DNA from: Acidimicrobiaceae bacterium
GTDB lineage: Bacteria; Actinomycetota; Acidimicrobiia; Acidimicrobiales; Aldehydirespiratoraceae
Length of the DNA: 64,000 bases
Reading direction: 5' to 3'
NCBI GenBank assembly: GCA_009844405.1
Contig: VYBO01000003.1
Span: forward strand, 11,214 to 75,213
The notes beneath the pieces are model-generated. The model ran no database searches, had not been told where the DNA came from, and saw nothing but the letters and a program-made list of their open reading frames with translations. A program made the position numbers and the translations under genes. Below, in pieces: positions 27,660 through 35,800 of the stretch (positions are counted from its first letter, which is position 1; every line of letters begins with the position of its first letter).

Positions 27660-28538
27660 CTCCGCGTGGGCCACGTTGACGAGACCCCCGGGCCTGAAGA
27701 TGAACAGCAGCGCGATCAGACTGAACACCACGCCCTGGGTGAGGGCGGCGGCCGTGCCGGGCAGCCAGGTTCGCAGCATCACCTCGGCGAGTCCCAGGGC
27801 GAAACCCCCGATCACCGCGCCCTTGAGGCTTCCTAGCCCGCCGATGAGCGCGGCCAGCACGCCGCTGAGCATCGGGTTGATGCCGGAGGTGGGCGAGGTG
27901 TGGCCGGCCCGCATCAGCCAGAAGATCCCGGCGATCCCGGCCAGTGCACCCGACAGGGCGAACGCGCCCCGGATGACGCGGTCGGAGTTGACGCCCATCA
28001 GGCGGGCCGCGTCGAAGTCTGCCGCCGCGGCCCTTATCGACAGCCCGAACATCGTGCGCTGGAGGATGGCGGCGGTGAGGAACAGCGTCACGATCGTCAC
28101 GATGATGACGACGGCGTCGAACACCTCCACCCGAATGGGCCCGATCGAGTAGGTGTCGGCGATCCAGCCCGGCTCCGGGAAGGTCTGGACCCGGGCGCCG
28201 ATGTACATCAGGAAGATGGCCGCCACCAGGAAGTGGATGCCGAAGGAGGTGAGCAGCTGGGTGAAGTCCGACGAGCCCCGCACCCGGCTGAAGGCGATGC
28301 GCTCGATGGCCAGGTTGGTGACCACGCACACCACCACGATCAGGGGAGCCACCAGATACCACGACCAGCCGTTGTTGAACGCGGCGTAGGCCGCGTAGCC
28401 GCTCACGGTGATCAGTTCGCCGTGGGCGAAGTTCAGCAGGTGCATCACGCCGAAGACCACGGCCACACCCAGCGCCAGAAGCGCGTAGATGCTGCCCCGC
28501 CCCAGCCCGTCGATCAGGTTCTGGACAAGTTCGGTCAT
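27651..28538 (-). CDS. livH: branched-chain-amino-acid-type ABC transporter permease (LivH-like)
   Basis: 295 aa, multi-TM. N-terminus LIDGLGRGSIYALLALGVAVVFG is typical of LivH. Confidence 0.85.
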   Translation of the reverse strand: MTELVQNLIDGLGRGSIYALLALGVAVVFGVMHLLNFAHGELITVSGYAAYAAFNNGWSWYLVAPLIVVVCVVTNLAIERIAFSRVRGSSDFTQLLTSFGIHFLVAAIFLMYIGARVQTFPEPGWIADTYSIGPIRVEVFDAVVIIVTIVTLFLTAAILQRTMFGLSIRAAAADFDAARLMGVNSDRVIRGAFALSGALAGIAGIFWLMRAGHTSPTSGINPMLSGVLAALIGGLGSLKGAVIGGFALGLAEVMLRTWLPGTAAALTQGVVFSLIALLFIFRPGGLVNVAHAERV

Positions 28539-28696
28539 GCCGCGCTCCCCCGCACGAAGGTATCCAAGTCGGTTTCGGCTGAATGCGACTCCGCGAGCGT
28601 GTCGGGCGGCTCGGCCTCGCCCGCCCGGTCGGAGCCGGTGAGGCGGATCACCTCACCGACCCCGAAAGGGGACGGGACCGCGTCGAACGGTGCGGC

Positions 28697-30205
28697 TCAC
28701 CTCATCTCGATGAGGACGTCCTGCCCGTTGACGATCCGCTTGATCGGCACCGACTTCGGCGGTGTGCCCGTGGTGCCGACGTAGGTGATCATGCCGCTGA
28801 AGCCCTCGAAGCCCTCGATCTGGGCCACGGCGTCGCCTATCTGGGCCGAGTCGGTGCAGCCGCAGTTGACGATGCCCTGGATGCCTAGCAGCAGCGAGTC
28901 TACGTAGAGGCCCATGAAGCCCTGGCTCTCCAGCACCTCGCCGTCGTTGGCGGCGGAGTACCCCTGGAGCAGGCGGTCGTTGAGGCCGCCCGGCTCGACG
29001 TTGATGTGGGGGGTGTGGACGATGCCCTCGTTGTTCTCCTCGATGGCGATGCCCGTGGCGTCGAGTGCGTCGGTGCCGATGTAGGTGATGTTGTCGAACC
29101 CGGCTCCCTCGAGCTGGCCCCTCAGCGCGGTGACCTGGTAGCCGAGCGCGGCCGAGAAGAAGGCCTCGTTGTCCTGGAGGACCTCCGACAGTTCGGCCAC
29201 CTGGGCCGAGAAGTCCGTGTCTTCGAACCACACGTAGGTGTGCTCGGCCACGATCTCGCCGCCGCCGGCCTCGAAGACCTCCTTGAAGACGTCGGGGTTG
29301 TATCCGGTGTACGGGCCGGGCTGGGTGAACACGAAGGCCCGGGTGATGCCCTGGTCGAGGGCCCACTCGGCCGCCGCCGAGGACTGGCCGTAGTCGTCGA
29401 AGGACACCAGGAACGAGTTGTTCTCGATGTCAGAGAGTGTGGGCTCGGTCGAGGCGGCCACGAAGACCGGCACCTGGCCGCCGGTGGCCTGCAGGATCGG
29501 CAGGGTGAAGTCGGCGAAGGGCGGGCCGATGAGGAAGTGCGCTCCCCAGTCGAGCAGCTGCTCGGCGGCCACGCCAGCGGTGGTGGCATCGCCGCCTACG
29601 TCCTCGACCCTCACCTCGACCGGTGACCCGTTGACCCCGCCGATGCAGTTGATCAGGTTGGCGAAGTGGGGAACCAGCTTGGAGCCGGGGATGTCGACGA
29701 AGCCGACCACGTCGCTGAAGTCCATGGCCATGCCGACCCTGATCGGCTCACCGGACGGCGCAGGCCCGCAGTTGTCGAGGTCGGCGTTCAGCGCGGCCCG
29801 GATGTCGACGGCCTGGACCATGGGCTCAGGCCCGGCCATCGCCGCCTCCGCGGCCGCGGCAGCCGCCTCCGCCGCGGCAGCCGCCTCAGCCTCAGCCGCT
29901 TCCAGCTGGGCTTCGAGTTCGGCCACGACGGCGGGGTCGATGGCTCCCTCAGCCTCGGCCGTGGCGGCCTGCAATGCAGCCTCAGCCTCAGCAGCCCTCG
30001 CGGCCGCCGCCTCAGCCTCAGCCGCCGCTTCCTGGGCCGCCGCCTCAGCCTCAGCCGCCTCAGCCTCGGCAGCCGCGGCAGCCGCCTCGGCGGCCGCGGC
30101 CTCTGCCGCGCTGGTGTCGGGGGCTGCAGGTTCCTCGTCCTCGCCGCAGCTGGCGGCGACGAGGGCCAAGACCGCTGCAAGCGCGATCACTGACTTGAAC
30201 TTCAT
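28697..30205 (-). CDS. lipoprotein substrate-binding protein of the Liv-type ABC transporter, with a long Ala/Glu linker
   Basis: Signal plus lipobox MKFKSVIALAAVLALVAASC, about 100 aa of A/E low complexity, then a type I periplasmic-binding-protein-like body. Confidence 0.85.
   Translation of the reverse strand: MKFKSVIALAAVLALVAASCGEDEEPAAPDTSAAEAAAAEAAAAAAEAEAAEAEAAAQEAAAEAEAAAARAAEAEAALQAATAEAEGAIDPAVVAELEAQLEAAEAEAAAAAEAAAAAAEAAMAGPEPMVQAVDIRAALNADLDNCGPAPSGEPIRVGMAMDFSDVVGFVDIPGSKLVPHFANLINCIGGVNGSPVEVRVEDVGGDATTAGVAAEQLLDWGAHFLIGPPFADFTLPILQATGGQVPVFVAASTEPTLSDIENNSFLVSFDDYGQSSAAAEWALDQGITRAFVFTQPGPYTGYNPDVFKEVFEAGGGEIVAEHTYVWFEDTDFSAQVAELSEVLQDNEAFFSAALGYQVTALRGQLEGAGFDNITYIGTDALDATGIAIEENNEGIVHTPHINVEPGGLNDRLLQGYSAANDGEVLESQGFMGLYVDSLLLGIQGIVNCGCTDSAQIGDAVAQIEGFEGFSGMITYVGTTGTPPKSVPIKRIVNGQDVLIEMR
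29834..30130 (-). repeat. GCCTCAGCC-type short tandem repeats encoding the Ala/Glu-rich linker
   Basis: Runs of gcctcagcctcagccgc... on the plus strand. Translated as AAEAAAAEAAAAAAEAEAAEAEAAAQEAAAEAEAAAARAAEAEAA... Confidence 0.8.
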
Positions 30206-30223
30206 GGGATTACCTCCTCCTGG

Positions 30224-30317
30224 GAGCGTTCGGCGACGGACCGTAGCACACCAACCGTTCGGTAGCGAACGAATTCAGGTCGGGGGCCTGAGAGCGTTCG
30301 GCGCGGACCGTAGCCCA
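30224..30317. promoter_or_regulatory. 26-27-nt direct repeat pair with a central palindrome, upstream of the ABC-transporter operon
   Basis: GAGCGTTCGGCGACGGACCGTAGCACA (30224..30250) and GAGCGTTCGGCGCGGACCGTAGCCCA (30292..30317), with the palindrome CGTTCGGTAGCGAACG between them. Confidence 0.3.
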
Positions 30318-30343
30318 CGCCTCAGGAGACTGCAAATACTTTA

Positions 30344-30964
30344 TTAGAAATCCAGAATGCGGCTATCGATCAGGTCCAGCAGATCCCCATAGGCCGTGCA
30401 GCAGGGGTACTGCGGGTGCTCGGCAATCACGTTGTCCGGTGCCCGGAACAGGATCCCGGAGTCGGCCGCGGCCAGCATGGTCATGTCGTTGTAGGAGTCC
30501 CCCGCCGCGACCACCCGGTAGTTGAGGGCGCGGAAGGCCTCCACTGACCTCGCCTTCTGATCGTCGACCCGCAGCCGGTAGTCGGCCAGGCGGTCGCCCT
30601 CCACCACCAGCGTGTGGCACAGCAGCAGGGGCCAGCCCAGTTGCGCCATCAGGGGGCGGCCGAACTGCTCGAAGGTGTCCGACAGCAGCACGACGGGGAC
30701 GCGGGACTGGAGCTCCTCGAGGAACCGGCGGGCGCCGGGCAGCGGATCGAGCCCCTCGACGACCTCCATGATGGTGGTCATGGTGATGCCGGCCGCGTCG
30801 AGCGCCGCGATCCTGCCCTTCATGAGCACGTCGTAGTCGGGCTCGTCGCGGGTGGTGCGGCGCAGGAAGTCGATGCCGGTGCGCTCGGCTACCGCGATCC
30901 ACACCTCTGGGGTGAGCACACCCTCCACATCGAGCACCACCAACCACTGCGGACGGGAGGGCAC
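30344..30964 (-). CDS. thrH: ThrH-type HAD phosphatase (phosphoserine phosphatase / homoserine phosphotransferase)
   Basis: 206 aa. LDVEGVLTPEVWIAVAERTGIDFLRRTTRDEPDYDVLMKGRI...LSDTFEQFGRPLMAQLGWPLLLCHTL...AAGDSYNDMTML is colinear with Pseudomonas ThrH as I remember it. Confidence 0.75.
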   Translation of the reverse strand: MPSRPQWLVVLDVEGVLTPEVWIAVAERTGIDFLRRTTRDEPDYDVLMKGRIAALDAAGITMTTIMEVVEGLDPLPGARRFLEELQSRVPVVLLSDTFEQFGRPLMAQLGWPLLLCHTLVVEGDRLADYRLRVDDQKARSVEAFRALNYRVVAAGDSYNDMTMLAAADSGILFRAPDNVIAEHPQYPCCTAYGDLLDLIDSRILDF

Positions 30965-30970
30965 CTGCGT

Positions 30971-31429
30971 TCAGCCTCCGCCCATCATCGCGGCGGCGCG
31001 CCGGTCCAGCTCTTCGTCGTCCACGTCCTCGATGTGGGTGTGAACGCTCCACTTGTGGCCCCACGGGTCGAGGAACTGGCCGGCGCGGTCACCGTAGAAC
31101 TGGTCCTCGGGGGGCCTCAGTTCCGTAGCCCCGGCCGCCAGCGCGGCCGCGAAGGTCGCGTCGCAGTCCTCGACGTTCACGGTCATGGACACGGGCGTCC
31201 CGCCCAGCGTGTTGGGCCCCACGACCCCCTCCTCGGGCCACTCGTCGGACAGCATGATCAGCGAGTCGCCGAGGCGCAGCTCGCAGTGGCCGATCCGGCC
31301 GGCGAAGGTCATGCGGCGACTCTCGGTGAAGCCGAGAACGCGCGTGTAGAAGTCGATGGCGTCGGCCGCGCCGTCGACGCAGAGGTAGGTCGAGATTCGC
31401 GGGTAGTCGTCAGGAAGCGGGTTGACCAT
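30971..31429 (-). CDS. VOC (glyoxalase/bleomycin-resistance) family protein, PhnB-like
   Basis: 152 aa with DAIDFYTRVLGF, HCELRLGDSLIMLSDE and FYGDRAGQFLDPWGHKWSV. Confidence 0.85.
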   Translation of the reverse strand: MVNPLPDDYPRISTYLCVDGAADAIDFYTRVLGFTESRRMTFAGRIGHCELRLGDSLIMLSDEWPEEGVVGPNTLGGTPVSMTVNVEDCDATFAAALAAGATELRPPEDQFYGDRAGQFLDPWGHKWSVHTHIEDVDDEELDRRAAAMMGGG

Positions 31430-31553
31430 GTGGCGTTCCCTCCTTGGCAGTAAGCGAACAGCTGGACCCCGGCGGGCCCATCCGTCCGTGTCGGCCCTGC
31501 ATTATCGCCGCCCCACCGGCCGCTTGCTCAGACGAGGCTGAAGCAATGCTCCT

Positions 31554-31569
31554 GAGTAATTTTACTCAA
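31554..31569. promoter_or_regulatory. palindrome TGAGTAA-TT-TTACTCA in the AT-rich leader of the ATPase/NTPase operon
   Basis: 7-bp perfect inverted arms, 30 nt upstream of ATG 31599. The surrounding line 31541..31600 is 24/60 G+C. Confidence 0.3.
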
Positions 31570-31598
31570 GAGCAAGTAGACACTGATATCGTGAAGGT

Positions 31599-32855
31599 AT
31601 GGCCCAGTTTCGGCGTCCCCAGGTGGAGACCCTAGTGAAGCGGCTGTCGGAGCCGCCGGGGCGCATCGTCGCGATCTTCGGACCGCGCCAGACGGGCAAG
31701 ACAATGGCTGTCGGGCAGGCTCTCGATGCCATCTCGCGTGAGAGCCGATACGTGGCGGTCGATGAGCCCGCATCGATGGATGCCCCCGGTCCCTTCGAGG
31801 AGGTCGGCAGCACAGCGTCCCTGAGACCCGCGGAGCGAGACACCGCGTGGCTTCAGCGAATCTGGGAGAGCAGTCGGCGCAAGGCTTGGGACTCGATCCG
31901 AGGCTACGTCCTGGTGCTCGACGAGATACAGAGGATCAGCGGATGGTCAGACACAGTCAAGGGCCTGTGGGACGCCGACCGTCGAAGCGGGTGCCCGATG
32001 CACGTGGTGATTCTTGGGTCTGCGCCACTGCTGATGCAGGCAGGGCTGACCGAGAGCCTCGCGGGCCGATTCGAGCCGATCCGCTTCACCCACTGGTCCT
32101 ACGCCGAGATGTCGCAGGCATTCGACTACAGCCTCGACGAGTACATCTACTTCGGCGGCTACCCCGGGGCCGCAGGCCGAAAGCGCGACGGCGCCCGGTG
32201 GACGAGGTACATCCGGGAGGCCCTTGTCGAGCCGAACATCGAGCGTGACGTTCTGGCGATGACACGGGTGGACAAGCCGGCGCTGCTGAGGAGGCTGTTC
32301 GAACTCGGCGCGCGGTACTCGGGGCAGGAGTTGTCCTACAACAAGATGCTCGGTCCACTCCAGGAAGCAGGCAACACCACGACTCTGACGCGATATCTCA
32401 AGCTGCTGTCCGATGCCGGGTTATTGACCGGGCTGCCCAAGCACACTGCGCGACCAGCAGCGGCGCGAGCCTCGACGCCGAAGCTGAACGTTCTCAACAC
32501 CGCACTGATGGCCGTCGCCTCGGGATACACGTTCGAGGAGGCCCGCGCCGACCGCTCCTACTGGGGCCGCACGGTCGAGAGCGCCGTCGGTGCCCACCTC
32601 ATCAACACGGCGTCGCCCAACACAATCGTGAGGTATTGGCGAGACGGCCCACACGAAGTGGACTTCGTTCTCCAGCGAGGCCCCAACACGGTCGCGATCG
32701 AGGTCAAGAGCGGAGCGACACCTGGTGCCCTCAGCGGCCTCTCCGAGTTCCAGCGACGCTTCAGCCCTCGCGCCGCGATCGTGGCCGGTGCTTCGGGTTT
32801 GCCACTCCATGAGTTCCTGTCATTCCCTTCCGATCACTGGATCGACTCGGCATGA
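31599..32855 (+). CDS. AAA ATPase of the AAA_14/DUF4143 type
   Basis: 418 aa. Walker A GPRQTGKT, Walker B VLVLDEIQ, and a C-terminal D...E-x-K segment HEVDFVLQRGPNTVAIEVKSG. Confidence 0.85.
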   Translation: MAQFRRPQVETLVKRLSEPPGRIVAIFGPRQTGKTMAVGQALDAISRESRYVAVDEPASMDAPGPFEEVGSTASLRPAERDTAWLQRIWESSRRKAWDSIRGYVLVLDEIQRISGWSDTVKGLWDADRRSGCPMHVVILGSAPLLMQAGLTESLAGRFEPIRFTHWSYAEMSQAFDYSLDEYIYFGGYPGAAGRKRDGARWTRYIREALVEPNIERDVLAMTRVDKPALLRRLFELGARYSGQELSYNKMLGPLQEAGNTTTLTRYLKLLSDAGLLTGLPKHTARPAAARASTPKLNVLNTALMAVASGYTFEEARADRSYWGRTVESAVGAHLINTASPNTIVRYWRDGPHEVDFVLQRGPNTVAIEVKSGATPGALSGLSEFQRRFSPRAAIVAGASGLPLHEFLSFPSDHWIDSA

Positions 32856-35800
32856 CCATCACCGTCGCTCGCACCTGCACCGAGATCCCCGCCAAGGGGA
32901 ACGGCCGCCTCGCGGCGAGCGATGCCAAGCCGCTCAGCGCCTACCGATCAACACCCGCCTACGTGCTGCTCGGCGACCCCGGCGCAGGCAAGACAACCGA
33001 GTTCCGCAGGGAGTGCGAGGAACTCGAAGACACCGCGGTGTTCGTTACAGCACGGAATTTCGTCGCCGACGTGTACTCCCCCGAGGAATTGAGCGGCCGG
33101 ACGCTCTTCATCGACGGACTTGACGAAATGCGTGCAGGCACCGCGGACGCACGAGAACCCCTCGACGAGATCCGCAGGCGGCTCGTTCGGCTCGGCCGAC
33201 CGAATGTCCGGATCTCATGTCGGGAGGCGGACTGGCTCGGCCCGAACGACCGCCGCAGCCTGGAAGAGGTCGCACCCGACGCGAGAATCACCGTGCTGCT
33301 GCTCGACGAACTGAGCGAGCGCGCCACGCACGATCTCCTCACTGAGGAGTTCGGCATCGACAATGCCGAGACATTCGAGAAAGAGGCGAGCAGTCGGGGC
33401 CTGGCCGCAATGCTGCGCAACCCCCAGACGCTCAAGCTTCTTGCGAAGGCTGTGGGGCCCGGCGGCGCCTGGCCAGAGAGTCGGCTGACTACCTTCGAAC
33501 TCGCCTGCGCCAAGATGGCGTCTGAACACAACGACGAGCACCGGGCAGTCGCTTCGGGCCAGGCACCCGAGGCCGTCCTCGATGCCGCCGGTCACCTGTG
33601 CGTCCTACTGCTGCTGTGCGGCCTGGAGGGGTTCAGGCTTGCGCCGGACGGCACCGCAGCGGACTTGCGGACTGACGGGTTCGTGTCTTTCGACGCTCTC
33701 GAAGAGGCTCACTGCGGTCGGCCTCGTGAACTTCTCCGCGGCGCGCTGTCCACGAAGCTGTTCAAGCCCGACTGCGAAACGGAACTGGTTCCCCGCCATC
33801 GCCAGATCGCCGAGTTCTTGGCAGGCCGCCATCTCGCCAAGCTCATTCGGGAAGGCATGTCGGCTCGAAGAGTCGTGAGGCGCATGACCGGTCCGAGCGA
33901 CGGACGTGTGGTCACCGTGCTGCGCGGTCTTTCGGCTTGGCTGGCGGCATACCGGGGCGAGGCGCGCCGACTGCTGATCGACGCCGACCCGGCGGGGGTT
34001 GGCCTCTACGGCGACCTCAGCGGATTCACACTCGAAGACCGGGCACTCCTGTTCAGGTCTTTGGTGGAGTTCGCTGAGCAGGGGCCGCTGTTCGGCCACG
34101 CAATGCAGGACGGCCGAGCCGACGGATATCGAGACGAGACGGCCCGGGCCTTCCGCTCCCTGGCTTCAGCCGACATGCTGGAGTCGATCAGGGGTGTGCT
34201 CCGCACCCCGGTCGGTCAGCCTCAACGCGACCGAACCACGGCTTTCGTGCTGGAGGTGCTCTCCGAGGCTGAAGAGCACGAGAAGGAGTCCCTGGCCGGG
34301 CTGGCACCCGACCTTGCGGAGATTCTGCGCGACGGCGACCGACCGTCCTGGGTCACCGTCAAGGCGCTCGACGCGTTCACCCACATCGCCTCTTCGTGCA
34401 GCGAGACCGACCAGACTCTCCTGTCGGTCCTGGATGAGATTCAAGAGGGCACCATCGCCGACCCCGGCGACCGCCTCCGCCGGGCTCTGCTGAACCATCT
34501 CTACCCAAGGGTGATCGAGCCGGCGACGCTCTGGCGCGACGCGCTCCCCCGCCCTCAAGACCACCGGCTCAGCGACCTAGGGAACTTCTGGACCCGGCAC
34601 GTCCTGAGCCGGTCGTCAGATGAACACATCGCATCTCTTCTCGACTCGCTCTGCAAGGACGCCCCGACGTTCGTACCAGCCCTGGGGAAGGCGTACCTCG
34701 ATGATCTGCCGCTTCAACTCCTCGCTCGCGCCCTGCCTGCCCTTGGAGACACGCTCGGCACCGAGCGTCTCCTCGACTGGCTCGATGTGGCCGGGCGCAC
34801 GCACGGTGCTCCCATGCGGGAGGATGAGACTCGTTCCGTCCGACAATGGCTGGAGAGCCGCCCGCAGGTGCAGAAGTCGGTGTTCCTTGCGTGGCTGCGT
34901 CGCGGCGTGGCCACAGACCCGGACAGGCCGTACCGCCATTGGTTCTGCGACGCCCTTCATCGAAGCAAGCTCCCCGAGGACTTCGGACTGTGGTGCCTCG
35001 AACAGGCCACCACCCTGGAGAACAGCGAGCCCGCTCTGGCAAGGGAACTGCTGACCCAGGCCCACGCCTCTCTGGAAGACCCGGCCGTCAGCGAGGGGCT
35101 GTCCCCCGCAGTCATGAGTCAGCGAATAGTAGGGGGCGGGCTGGCCTGCCATCTTGAGAAGCTCCGCGCCCGCCGCGCGGCCAGTCGCTCCGAGGATGGC
35201 GTTCAGGAACGCGAACTCGAAGAAGCCAGAGAACAGCGAAGGCAGGAACGGCGTCAGCGCCAAGCGGACTGGGCCGGGAACCTCAGCGCGGAACTCGACG
35301 ACCTACGCAACAACCGGTTCTTCGCGCCGAATCTGAGCACTCTGGCGAAGGTCTATCTCGGCATGTTCATGGATTTCGACAGTGACGCGTCTCCTCGACA
35401 ACGTATCGGCCAACTCGTTGGTGGCGACGAGACCCTTGTCGATGCCGTCATGGTTTCGATCCTGGGGGCCATCTCGCGAGACGACCTTCCTGAGGCCGAT
35501 GAGACGATTGCGCTCCACCTGAAGTCGCAGCACTCTCCGCTGGCCTACCCAGTGCTTGCGAGCCTGCACCTGCACAACGAGGAGGATCCCGCCCGTCTGG
35601 ACGGAATCAGCAGGGATCGCAAGCGGAAGGCTCTAGCGATCCACTACTGCGTTCCGAGCGACGATGAGTTCCCGCCCTGGCACAACCGCTGGCTCCAGCA
35701 GGAGCCCGAGTTGGTGCTGGATGTTCTCTACCGGTGCGCGGCGCCGGCGGTGCGAGCCGGCCATGAGTTCGTGCCCTGCCTCAACGTCCTCGACCGTCTC

